Shown here one piece after another: positions 55,060 through 64,000 of a DNA stretch of 64,000 nt. Each line of letters starts with the position of its first letter. Within the stretch, counting starts at the first letter, position 1. Position numbers and translations under genes: made by a program. A model generated the notes under the pieces. The model had not been told where the DNA came from, searched no databases, and worked only from the letters and a program-made list of their open reading frames with translations. The stretch spans positions 1,740 to 65,739 of the forward strand of contig CAYPGE010000004.1 of assembly GCA_964409865.1 (NCBI GenBank). Direction: 5' to 3'. The stretch is from an uncultured Pirellulaceae bacterium (lineage in GTDB: Bacteria > Planctomycetota > Planctomycetia > Pirellulales > Pirellulaceae).

Positions 55060-56736
55060 TCAGCCAAAGGGCATCGTGCCCTCGGCCACAGTTTTTCCAG
55101 CGGCGTTCTTGATCGCGATGGTCGGATCGAGCCGGGCATACTGAGGCACGACGATATCGCCGCCTTCCCTCCGGTACGTGACGTCCCGTTCCTTTTTCGT
55201 CAGGTCCCACAATCCCGTGATCTGGAAATTCTGCCACGGCTCGGTCAACATCGCCCGGATAGCGACCTTGTCTCCGGGGCGGAATGACTTGTCCTTGGTC
55301 GGGGCTGAGAACACGACCTCAGGCTTTCCGGTGAATTCCAACAAAAACCGAGCGTCTTTGCGGATTTGCACCGGGAACGTGGGCTGCTTGGCGGACGATG
55401 CGGAAACCGCGGCAGGCACTGCCTGGATGCGGCCGCTGAATCGCAGGCGGCCATACTGAGCGGTCAGCGACGGCAGGGTATAGTCGCCCACCGGCAGCGT
55501 GTAGCGGCGGGGCAGAGTTGCGGGAAAAGGATACGAACTGAGCCGGGCTGCCATCAACGGTGTCCCCGTCTGGGGAACCAGTGTCCCGGCCAAGCCCATT
55601 TCCGTGATGGCCCTGCCACCCGGACCGATTTCCAGAAAGCCGGTATCGCCGCGGTACGGCTCAATGATCAGCTTGTCGCCCAACGGCGTCGTGGAGATGG
55701 ACGCGAGTTGCTGGCCGACAAAATGGACCCCGCCCAAAAAGCCTGGCTGCAAGAGCCCCGGGCTCGCGGGACGATCCACACGCAGCAATTCCAGCCGCGT
55801 GTAGGGCCGGTCGTACCGGCCCGTGATGATCATCGCCTGGCTTAGCCACGTCACGTACCGTTCCTCGCCGAGCTTGATCGCGCCACGCCGTACGGTCTTG
55901 GACGTGAAATTCACATATCCCATGCCACGATAGGAGGAAAAGCCGATCCCGTTTACGTTTTGGAGAAGGAAACGGCCGTCGACCTGCGGATAAGGGAGAA
56001 CCGTGACCGCGATGGGGACAGGCTGTTTGCCCAGGGGTGGACCGAAGTCAAAAGCCACCTCGATCTCCCCGGAAAGTCCTCGCACTTGGCCTGCCGGCAT
56101 CGCCTCGAAGACGGGTTTGTCGGTCAGCCGGACGACGCCATCGTTCGTCAGGTCCAAATCTCCATTGCGGTCAAAGTACAGCAGGTCGTACGTCTGCTTG
56201 ATGACCTGGAGGGGCGGTCGGGCAAACGGATCCGCCGGGCGAGACGGGACTGCAAGGTTCTTGGCCAGCTCTTTCAGCAGTGAAGGCTTGCCGGTTTGCG
56301 TCTGGCCAGCCGTCTTCGGCGTTTCGGCCGGGGGCTTCGCGTCGCCGGTGCCCCCACCGGCGTCGGGCTTCTTTTCCGCTTCGCCCGCTTCGTCCAAGAC
56401 GAAGTGAAAGGTCGTGCCGATTGCGGGGTCGGAGGGGTCGCCCTCGAACTTGACCGACCCGTACAGCGGACGCTTGGACTTCAGCGCCGGGTAGGCCTTC
56501 ACCTCGCTACTGGCCGTCGGCACACACTGCGCGGACTGGCCCCGCGGAGTGCGGAACTGGACTCGGCCGGCCGCCTCTTCCTTTCCAAAGGCCGGCACTT
56601 CCTCCAGCGGCACCACCACCGGACCGGTCAGAACAAAGTCCTGGCTGGCGTTCTGGTCCGCGGCCGTGCCGAGGGGCGGACCCAAAGCGAGGGATAGCAC
56701 CCCCGCGACGACAGCAACGAGCGACCATCGGTTCAT
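55060..56736 (-). CDS. Secreted hypothetical protein with possible UGA-recoded extension (mirror copy; the extension would reach 54910)
   Basis: Mirror of 8843..10519. Confidence 0.8.
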   Translation of the reverse strand: MNRWSLVAVVAGVLSLALGPPLGTAADQNASQDFVLTGPVVVPLEEVPAFGKEEAAGRVQFRTPRGQSAQCVPTASSEVKAYPALKSKRPLYGSVKFEGDPSDPAIGTTFHFVLDEAGEAEKKPDAGGGTGDAKPPAETPKTAGQTQTGKPSLLKELAKNLAVPSRPADPFARPPLQVIKQTYDLLYFDRNGDLDLTNDGVVRLTDKPVFEAMPAGQVRGLSGEIEVAFDFGPPLGKQPVPIAVTVLPYPQVDGRFLLQNVNGIGFSSYRGMGYVNFTSKTVRRGAIKLGEERYVTWLSQAMIITGRYDRPYTRLELLRVDRPASPGLLQPGFLGGVHFVGQQLASISTTPLGDKLIIEPYRGDTGFLEIGPGGRAITEMGLAGTLVPQTGTPLMAARLSSYPFPATLPRRYTLPVGDYTLPSLTAQYGRLRFSGRIQAVPAAVSASSAKQPTFPVQIRKDARFLLEFTGKPEVVFSAPTKDKSFRPGDKVAIRAMLTEPWQNFQITGLWDLTKKERDVTYRREGGDIVVPQYARLDPTIAIKNAAGKTVAEGTMPFG

Positions 56737-56940
56737 CGCCTCCTCCTTTGCGTGGTTCTTAGGAACGAAAATGGGATCTTGACGGTTTGCCAGCCGGCCA
56801 GCCGGGTCTCGTCCAGCAGAGGCTCCTTGACGGACAACCTGAATTGGCATGTTCCTAGAGTAGAGTAGGTGCTGCAGATTTGTCAACATGATGGGATGAC
56901 CGGCGGGACAAAAAGTGGGTTTCCGCCTTGGCAGTCCCCA

Positions 56941-58056
56941 TCATCGGCCAATACGGAGTGATTCACGAAAGCCGGCGTCAAACTTGAGCAGCTGATCCAC
57001 ATCGGCCAGTTGCACCGCGGAGCGGGCGCGGCCGGCCCGCCACAACGCACTGGACAGCTGGTACGTGATGCGTGCAAAGGCCGGATTCGGATAGATGCCG
57101 CTCATCAACTCGTCGCGACCCACGTGCCGCCGCCAGCGCGTGAACGTTCTCAGGACCGACTCGTAGGAATTCGCGCAGGGATCGACTCGCTGGTCCGCGC
57201 CATTGATCTTCAACTGCTTCTGGCCTTCCAGGTATTCCACCTCGATGCGAAACGGCTGGCCGTCTCCGCGGCCGCAGAGAACTCGCCGTTTGGTGAATTC
57301 CGCGCCGGCCTTGAAGTTCGTCAGGCCCTGGATCGCCAGGCTGCCCAGAGTGAGCTGGTAGCTGCACTTTCCGTCGACGACGTAGGGGTAGATTTCGGGG
57401 TTCGGCGGCGAATAAGGCTCAGACTCGGCGCGGATGCCAACGCCTTCATCGAACACTTCGTCCAGGCTGCCGCGAATACGCGCCAGCACGAACAGCACGT
57501 ACGCCAGGCAATGCACGGATTCCTGGTACTGGATCGGGACCATCCGCTTGTAGTTCCGCGGATTCTCTGGGGCTTCGCGATCCTTGGAGCGGCACATCGA
57601 GATGCCAGTGATTTGCACATCGCGATAGGACGAGAGGTGTTCGATAATGCGCTCGGTCAAGGGGTCGTACAGTTCGGGGAAATCGTACAGCATACAGACG
57701 CCGCTGTCTCTCGCCCCGGCGACCAACTGGTCACAATCCTCAGGCGATTCCGGCGAGGCCATGGGCTTTTCGTTCAGGATGGCCAGCGGCTCGAACCTGG
57801 CACGTTCGAGCAGCATCTGCTGCCCCGTCCGGCGCTGATCGGGATGCGCGGCCAAGTGGAACATGTCGACCGGCAGGCGATAGAATTCCGACTCGTCGTT
57901 TAGACGGGTCAAGGCGTCCGGATCGATGTCCGCCGGCATGGGGCCAGGGTCATACACAAACGTGCGAATCCGCTGCCGCAGGGCGACGTCCAGGAACTTC
58001 CGGCCGATATACCCCCACGCTCCCGCAATCGCGATCGAATCCGGCAAGTCTGTCAT
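56941..58056 (-). CDS. NAD(P)-binding Rossmann-fold protein (mirror copy)
   Basis: Mirror of 7523..8638. Confidence 0.7.
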   Translation of the reverse strand: MTDLPDSIAIAGAWGYIGRKFLDVALRQRIRTFVYDPGPMPADIDPDALTRLNDESEFYRLPVDMFHLAAHPDQRRTGQQMLLERARFEPLAILNEKPMASPESPEDCDQLVAGARDSGVCMLYDFPELYDPLTERIIEHLSSYRDVQITGISMCRSKDREAPENPRNYKRMVPIQYQESVHCLAYVLFVLARIRGSLDEVFDEGVGIRAESEPYSPPNPEIYPYVVDGKCSYQLTLGSLAIQGLTNFKAGAEFTKRRVLCGRGDGQPFRIEVEYLEGQKQLKINGADQRVDPCANSYESVLRTFTRWRRHVGRDELMSGIYPNPAFARITYQLSSALWRAGRARSAVQLADVDQLLKFDAGFRESLRIGR

Positions 58057-58124
58057 GGCGTCTTCCTCATCGTAGCCCTCTCGCTCCGCGAGAGGATCGC
58101 CTTCCATCTCGCGGAGCGAGATGC

Positions 58125-59321
58125 CTACTCTCGCAGGTGCCTTGCCCCGTCGTCGCTGCCGCACACCAGGGCGAAGGCGTCGCCGGCCAGTTGCGGCTGA
58201 CGCTGGCGATACCGGTCCAGGACGGATTCCACAGCCGCCTCTGCCGCTTGACGCTCCACCAGAGCCACACAACAACCGCGGAAACCCGCGCCACTGAAGC
58301 GTGTACCGTACACGCCCTCGGTGGCGATCAGAATCTCGTACAAATCGACCAACGGCGGGCAGCCGCATTCGTAATTCTGAATGGAACTCTCGCCGGAGGC
58401 GGAGACCAGACGGCCGAAGCCGGCCAAGTCACCGCGACGCCAGCATTCGACCCCTTCCCGGACGCGTTGGACTTCGGAGAAAAAGTGCGCCGCGCGGCGG
58501 GCGGGGGGACCGTTCAACAGGTGCCGATATTTCGCGTACTCGTCGGGTTCAATGTTCCGCAAGACGGGCACCGCATCCGGCCGGCCCAGCGCCCGCAGCA
58601 GCACTTCTGCCGCCGCGCGGCACTCGTCGACCCGCCGGTTGTAGTCCGTACCGACCAGCGCCTGCTTGAGTCCGGAGAACGCCAACAGGATCGCCGGGGA
58701 TCCGGCAGGTACCGTGGACGGGATCAATTCGTGTTCGCGTGTTCGGCAATCAAGGTACGTCAGATGGCCTCGCCGCGACAGCAAGATCGCCGACTGGTCC
58801 AGGATGCCGTTCCGCAGGCCCAGGTACTCGTTTTCGATCGCCTGGTCCAGGGCGATGTTCTCCTGCGCGGTAACCGTCAGGCCGTTAGCCTCCTCCAGGG
58901 CCAGCAGCAGGGCTACGCCGATCGCGGCGGAGGAACTGAGCCCGCCGCCGTCCAGACGGCCGGCGGTCACTCCTTGGATCCCGCATGGCAGAGGATAGTG
59001 CTGCTGTAACGAACGGACCGCCCCGCGGGCAAAGTTCCCCCAATCGCCGCCGCGCCGCTCGGGGACGTGATCCAAGGAAAACTGAACGTCTCCCGCGAAG
59101 TCCAAGCTGCTCAGCCGCACTTCGCCTGCCAACGGAGCATAGGCCACGTGGACGGCCTGATCGATGGCCATGGCCGTCACGGGCCCCAACTGATGGTCGA
59201 TGTGAGCGCCCAACGGGCAGATGCGATACGGCGACCGCACGACGCGCACGCCGCCCGGCCGCACGCCATAGCGTCGGACCGCTTCCTGCCGCAGTTGTTC
59301 GAGGAATACAACTTGGGACAT
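58125..59321 (-). CDS. GHMP-family sugar kinase (mirror copy)
   Basis: Mirror of 6258..7454. Confidence 0.85.
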   Translation of the reverse strand: MSQVVFLEQLRQEAVRRYGVRPGGVRVVRSPYRICPLGAHIDHQLGPVTAMAIDQAVHVAYAPLAGEVRLSSLDFAGDVQFSLDHVPERRGGDWGNFARGAVRSLQQHYPLPCGIQGVTAGRLDGGGLSSSAAIGVALLLALEEANGLTVTAQENIALDQAIENEYLGLRNGILDQSAILLSRRGHLTYLDCRTREHELIPSTVPAGSPAILLAFSGLKQALVGTDYNRRVDECRAAAEVLLRALGRPDAVPVLRNIEPDEYAKYRHLLNGPPARRAAHFFSEVQRVREGVECWRRGDLAGFGRLVSASGESSIQNYECGCPPLVDLYEILIATEGVYGTRFSGAGFRGCCVALVERQAAEAAVESVLDRYRQRQPQLAGDAFALVCGSDDGARHLRE

Positions 59322-59376
59322 GGGACCTAACAAACCTCCCCGCGCCGTATGGGAGACGGGCTGGGGGTGAGGGCCT

Positions 59377-60888
59377 CTACGATGGGACACAGCGTCGCAA
59401 GATGGCCAGCGATCGTCCCTCCAAACGCCACGTTGTCTTGGGAGCGGCGGCAGCGTCCGCCACTGCCACGTATTGGTCGCGCGTCTCGACTTGCGCCGGC
59501 TGCTGGCCGTAGTTCGCCAACACCAGATAGAGTTCACGGTTGGCAAACGCAGACGCGACCACATCCGTGGGCAACGCCTGGCGGAACAATTCCGACTGGC
59601 CGATTTCCAGCCAGGCCCAGGTGCCCTCTTCGACCATCGGCAGGTACTGCTTCAGCCAGCGGGCGTGTGTGGGGCGGGCTTCCGGCCGCCCCGGCACGGA
59701 ATCCCACCAGCCGTAGCTGAAGGGGCCGTTCGGGTGGGCTTGGTAGTGTTTCCAGATCGCCCGGCAGTGCCGCGTCCAGAAACAGCGTTCTTCGGGCGGA
59801 TACTCGATGCCGGAAATCGCGGCCCGTTCGCCTGTGAACGGCCGCCCCGCCAGCAGCAGCGGGAATTGCAGGTAGGGGATCGCGTGCAAGTACAATTCGT
59901 CCTCGCTGGCAATCGTGGCTCGGCTCATGTCCAGGCACGGGACGACGTACGGCACATGCCCCTTGACGGCCTCGCGAAAACGGTCGCCTTGCTTCGCTCC
60001 TTCGCCGACCCAGAGGTAGTCGTACACCGTCAGATCGGTCTTGGGAGCAAGGACGTTGCCCCGATGAACTTTGACCACACCCCCGCGACGATGGACTTCG
60101 GCGTAGATCAGGGCCAGCAGATCCGACAATGCTCCGTCGTGGCCGGCGTTTTCCTCGAAGGCCAGCACTTGATCGCCGCTCGGCTGGCCCGCGACGTCTG
60201 GTGGCTGACGATAGCCGAGGTCGTTGTAGACGCCGTCGATGCCGTAGTCGTCCAAGATGCGGACCAGATGCTTGAAGAAGTACGCCCGCCAACCTGGACT
60301 GGCCGGCGAACAGTGGGCGTAGCGGAAGTAGATCTCGACCAGCGGATGATCGTCCTTCGCGGTCCATTCCGGCCGGAAGTCGGGATCGTTTTTCTCGAAG
60401 TAGCCGCTGGACACATACACGATCAGCTTCATGCCTCGCCGGTGTACCATGTCCACGAAGCGGCGAAAGCCGGCGGGGTTCAGCGGCGCGAGCTTGTGGC
60501 CGCCGAACAGACGTTGCGAATCGTTCCATTCCTCGTGGACTTGGAGCAAGCGAATGCCGTGGTCCCGCAGGCGGTCCAATTCCTGCTCGTCCCAATCATC
60601 GGGATCCCAAGGCTTGCGGCAGGGGTACTCGCCCAAGTTGTAACAGCACTGGCCCGGCAGGTAACCGGTGACCAGATGCTTGCGCAAACATGTACGAATG
60701 GCCCGCTGGCAGAAGCCGATGTTCATCAGCCGTCGCCGGTGATCCGCGGCGCCGTAGCCGGCCAAGACGGCGGGTGTATCCGCCGGCATCGCAGAAATCG
60801 CGTGGCCCGCGCCCGTCGAACGGTTCGCGGGAACAGCCAGTATTCCAGCGGCTGCCGCGCCGGCTTTGAGCAGATCGCGTCGGTGCAT
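59377..60888 (-). CDS. Tat-signal uncharacterised glycosidase-like protein (mirror copy)
   Basis: Mirror of 4691..6202. Confidence 0.8.
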   Translation of the reverse strand: MHRRDLLKAGAAAAGILAVPANRSTGAGHAISAMPADTPAVLAGYGAADHRRRLMNIGFCQRAIRTCLRKHLVTGYLPGQCCYNLGEYPCRKPWDPDDWDEQELDRLRDHGIRLLQVHEEWNDSQRLFGGHKLAPLNPAGFRRFVDMVHRRGMKLIVYVSSGYFEKNDPDFRPEWTAKDDHPLVEIYFRYAHCSPASPGWRAYFFKHLVRILDDYGIDGVYNDLGYRQPPDVAGQPSGDQVLAFEENAGHDGALSDLLALIYAEVHRRGGVVKVHRGNVLAPKTDLTVYDYLWVGEGAKQGDRFREAVKGHVPYVVPCLDMSRATIASEDELYLHAIPYLQFPLLLAGRPFTGERAAISGIEYPPEERCFWTRHCRAIWKHYQAHPNGPFSYGWWDSVPGRPEARPTHARWLKQYLPMVEEGTWAWLEIGQSELFRQALPTDVVASAFANRELYLVLANYGQQPAQVETRDQYVAVADAAAAPKTTWRLEGRSLAILRRCVPS

Positions 60889-61061
60889 GGTTTCACTCCT
60901 GGGGCGTCTTGGAAGGGCTGACCGATCGCTCACCAGCATAGCATGCGTCGCGTTTGGTGGCGATGGATGCTGGAACTTCTCCCCCCTGGATGACATGCGG
61001 CCCGCAGATCGTTACCATGCACAACCGTGATCCCTCAAGTCCCATCCCAAGGAGTCTCCCG

Positions 61062-62378
61062 ATGAACGAACGCCACGAGCCAACCTCCCGCCAACGTTTT
61101 TCCCGCCGTCAGTTCCTGGCCGCCTCGGCCGCAGCCGGAACGGCATTAGGCACGCTGCCCCTGGCTCGCAGCGTCCATGCCGCCGGCAGCGATGTGATCA
61201 AGGTTGGCTTGATCGGCTGCGGTGGCCGCGGCAGCGGCGCGGCGGTCAATGCCATGAACGCCGGGCCTGACGTTCGCCTGATCGCCATGTCCGACATCTT
61301 CGACGACAAGGTGAAGACCAGCCGTGCGAACCTTAAGAACAACAAGCCCGACCAGGTGGCGGTGGACGACGACCACTGCTTCGTCGGCTTTGACGCCTAC
61401 CAGAAAGTGATCGACAGCGGAGTCGACGTCGTGCTGATCGCCTGCACGTCCAAATATCATCCCCTCTACTTGAAGGCCGCCGTCGACGCCGGCAAGCACG
61501 TGTTCGTGGAGAAGCCCCACGCCATCGATCCGCCGGGGATTCATGTCGTCCAGCAAGCGGTCGACGAGGCCCAGAAAAAGAAGCTGAGCATCGTCTCCGG
61601 GCTGTGCTGGCGCTACGACAAAGCGGTGCAGGAAACGATCCAGCGCGTGCTGGACGGCGCGATCGGCGACATCGTTGCGATCCAGGAAACCTACATGCGT
61701 TCGACCTACCGCAACATCGAACGCCAGGCGGGGTGGAGCGAACTGGAGTACCAGTTCCGCAACTGGTACCACTTCCGCTGGCTGTCGGGCGACGACGGTC
61801 CGCAGTCGCTGTTGCACAGCATCGACAAGGCCGCCTGGGCGTTGCGCGAGGAAACGCCGGTCAAAGCCTTCGGTTCCGGCGGCCGTTCGTCCTGCTTCTC
61901 GCCCGTCCACGGCGACGTGTTCGACCACGACGCGATCGTCTACGAGTACGCCAACGGCGTGCGGCTGTATGCCAACGTCCGCGCCCAGGACGGCTGCTAC
62001 AGCGAGGTCTCGGACACGATTCTGGGCACCAAGGGCCGCGCGTACTTGCCCAACAAATGCCGCATCGAAGGCGCCACGAACTGGGAGTACAGCGGACCGA
62101 AAGCCAACATGTACGATGCCGAGCACGTGGTGCTGTTCGACGCCGTCCGCAGCGGCCAGACCGTGAACGACGGCCTCCGCATGGTCCGCAGCACGATGCT
62201 GTCGCTGCTGGGCCAGATGGTCTGCTACACGGGCCAGCAGATGACGTGGGAACAGGCCCTCAACTCGCCGTGGCGCGCCGGCCCGGACAACGTCAGTTGG
62301 GACATGGACCCGCCTGCCAAGCCCGGCGCCGACGGGACCTATCCGGTGCCGATTCCGGGGATCACCAAGCTGGCGTAG
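61062..62378 (+). CDS. Tat-signal Gfo/Idh/MocA oxidoreductase (mirror copy)
   Basis: Mirror of 3201..4517; ATG 61062 is preceded by AAGGAG. Confidence 0.9.
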   Translation: MNERHEPTSRQRFSRRQFLAASAAAGTALGTLPLARSVHAAGSDVIKVGLIGCGGRGSGAAVNAMNAGPDVRLIAMSDIFDDKVKTSRANLKNNKPDQVAVDDDHCFVGFDAYQKVIDSGVDVVLIACTSKYHPLYLKAAVDAGKHVFVEKPHAIDPPGIHVVQQAVDEAQKKKLSIVSGLCWRYDKAVQETIQRVLDGAIGDIVAIQETYMRSTYRNIERQAGWSELEYQFRNWYHFRWLSGDDGPQSLLHSIDKAAWALREETPVKAFGSGGRSSCFSPVHGDVFDHDAIVYEYANGVRLYANVRAQDGCYSEVSDTILGTKGRAYLPNKCRIEGATNWEYSGPKANMYDAEHVVLFDAVRSGQTVNDGLRMVRSTMLSLLGQMVCYTGQQMTWEQALNSPWRAGPDNVSWDMDPPAKPGADGTYPVPIPGITKLA

Positions 62379-62421
62379 GATCGTCGAGATGGGGCTGACC
62401 CGACTGATCCGCCGTCGTCTT

Positions 62422-64000
62422 TCAAGGTAAATCGCAGTTCTCCTCGCGGGAGAACTCGAGCAGGCAGAGCCCGCGCGGAGGCAGATCAAGCTGCCAAACC
62501 GGATCGCGCGAATCGAACATGCCCAGACGCTGCCGGCCAGCCTCGTCGATGCGATACACGGCACAGCGGGCACGTAGACCGTACGCTTGGGCGTCGATGG
62601 GCAGCCGCAGTCTGAGTTTCTGGTCGTGAATGCTGGCCAGAACAATGGCCACGTCCCCGTCCGCGGCTTGCCACGCGCCGGCTAACGCCACGGGGTGGGT
62701 CCGTTTGGAGGCTCGCAGGGGCGTGTAGACTCCGATTTGTGCGACGTCGATTTCCTGCTGCGGTACGTCGAGCGCCGGTGGGCGAACCCATGTGCCGTGC
62801 AGCAGGTACTTGAGCGCCTGCATCCGCGTGCGGACCAACCGCGTCACGAAGTCGATTTCCTCGGGGCGTTCCTGCAGTTGCGAAGGCAGGAAATTCGCGA
62901 GCATGGGCTGCATGCCCCAGGCAAAGGTCCGCGACTGCTCCAGCAGGAATTGCTTGCTGAACTTGCGATCCAGCAACGTCAGAGTTCCCGGCAGGGTCTT
63001 TTCCGGCGGCCATTTCTCGTCATAGGGCGGATGAACCAGTCCGGCATAGTTGCCGAAGACGATCGTGCTGCCGTGGTACACCGCTTGAAAAAACGGGATC
63101 GGCTCCCAGACGGGACTCGAACCGATGCGGTCGGCGCTGACGCTCAGGGCCAACGTCAAGTCCAGGCTCCCGATCCACGGCTCGCCGCAGAATTCGCCTC
63201 CCAACGCCACGCGGCCGCGCGTGGAGCCGCGATCGCGGATCTCGGCGGTGAGCATCGCCAAACCGTCCGTCCAATACCGGCCGGTTCCCAAGATATGGCC
63301 GTGACTGGGATCGTAGCAATTGGCTAAGACGCCCGTCTGATCCATGTAGACACCGTCGGCTTTCAGGCCGCAGAAGACTTCTTGCGCCAGACCGGCGTAC
63401 TTGTCGCGCCAGAATCGAGTGCCGATGCACATCGGCACGCAGGGCGCCTTCATGAACACATTGTACACCTCCGGCCGGACCTGGCCGTCCGGTCCCTTGA
63501 CGGCGTACGCCTCGGCGCCCTCGTCGATCCAACTCTGGGTCTGCATTCCCCACAGACGTTGGTTCATGTACAGGATCGCGTGGACGTCCTGCTGCTGCGC
63601 CGCGGCCAAGGCGGCCTGGAACCGTTCGCTGCCTTCGCGAGGCGGCAGGTATTCGGGAAAACCGGCGTCGTAGGCGCAGTTGTGCCACCAGTGCCACAGC
63701 ACGCTGACCGGCGTCTGCAGGTGCTTCCGCATCACCGTCGCCGGCTCCAACACGCCCGGCGACCGGCCGCGATTCCACACCCAGAGTCCGGTCTCGGGCA
63801 ACCAGGCCGGCGTCAACTGGCGGCGCAACCGGCCGCGGCCGGCAATCGTCTTGGCTGCCGGCGACTGGCGATACAATCGCGCCGCGGTCGTCCAATCGCC
63901 GTGGAACGCGCCCAGCACGACCGCAAAGGGAAGGTGGAACTCGGCCAGCTCGGCGGCCTCCTGTTCCGGCTCGTGCAGGATTTCGAAATGCACTCGTCCC
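62422..64000 (-). CDS. Secreted uncharacterised protein, 3' part only (mirror copy of 1579..3157; the 5' end runs off the window)
   Basis: Mirror of the 854..3157 gene; the frame is open to nt 64000, and track ORF 62422..63993 is identical to the C-terminal 523 aa. Confidence 0.8.
   Translation of the reverse strand, partial: GRVHFEILHEPEQEAAELAEFHLPFAVVLGAFHGDWTTAARLYRQSPAAKTIAGRGRLRRQLTPAWLPETGLWVWNRGRSPGVLEPATVMRKHLQTPVSVLWHWWHNCAYDAGFPEYLPPREGSERFQAALAAAQQQDVHAILYMNQRLWGMQTQSWIDEGAEAYAVKGPDGQVRPEVYNVFMKAPCVPMCIGTRFWRDKYAGLAQEVFCGLKADGVYMDQTGVLANCYDPSHGHILGTGRYWTDGLAMLTAEIRDRGSTRGRVALGGEFCGEPWIGSLDLTLALSVSADRIGSSPVWEPIPFFQAVYHGSTIVFGNYAGLVHPPYDEKWPPEKTLPGTLTLLDRKFSKQFLLEQSRTFAWGMQPMLANFLPSQLQERPEEIDFVTRLVRTRMQALKYLLHGTWVRPPALDVPQQEIDVAQIGVYTPLRASKRTHPVALAGAWQAADGDVAIVLASIHDQKLRLRLPIDAQAYGLRARCAVYRIDEAGRQRLGMFDSRDPVWQLDLPPRGLCLLEFSREENCDLP

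Overview
The main property of this window is structural. Positions 1579-32789 and 32790-64000 are exact reverse complements of each other (mirror rule x -> 65579-x). This is a spacerless palindrome with arms of at least 31,211 bp, limited on the right only by the window edge. Its apex (ccaaagtggtagt|actaccactttgg) lies 88 nt downstream of a tRNA-Asn(GUU) gene. Only about 32.8 kb is therefore unique information, and every right-arm feature duplicates a left-arm feature. A long spacerless palindrome is what a fold-back chimera (MDA or a missed hairpin adapter) or read-through of a hairpin DNA end produces. It is not what a stable bacterial chromosome normally contains, so I treat it as a probable artefact until raw reads show otherwise. 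The unique arm is a G+C-rich, gene-dense, ordinary-looking chromosomal segment. It contains dockerin-like repeats, six proteins with twin-arginine (Tat) signals including three Gfo/Idh/MocA oxidoreductases, and GC-rich hairpin repeats; this looks Planctomycetota-like, which is inference only. I support about 25 protein genes. They include two uncharacterised secreted or Tat-exported glycosidase-like proteins, a GHMP sugar kinase, a decayed HigBA-type toxin-antitoxin locus, a metallophosphoesterase and a Tat-DUF362 plus membrane polyferredoxin pair. Also present are a P-II protein, an S41 peptidase, DUF971, a Tat aldo/keto reductase overlapping a tetrahaem cytochrome c, and a GT39 (ArnT-like) transferase divergent from a PAP2 phosphatase. 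The remainder are a trypsin-like protease, an aldose 1-epimerase, a VIT-vWA protein, an enoyl-CoA hydratase and one tRNA-Asn. I saw no rRNA, CRISPR, transposase, integrase or phage genes. I do not see a convincing new multi-gene system such as a defence island. The most interesting biological observation is an in-frame UGA followed by a SECIS-like hairpin and 49 more coding-like codons in a secreted protein, a candidate selenoprotein. Others are two abutting heptanucleotide tandem repeats in a divergent promoter region, and two hairpin-repeat families, one showing a compensatory substitution. All family assignments are from motif recognition by eye; no searches were run.
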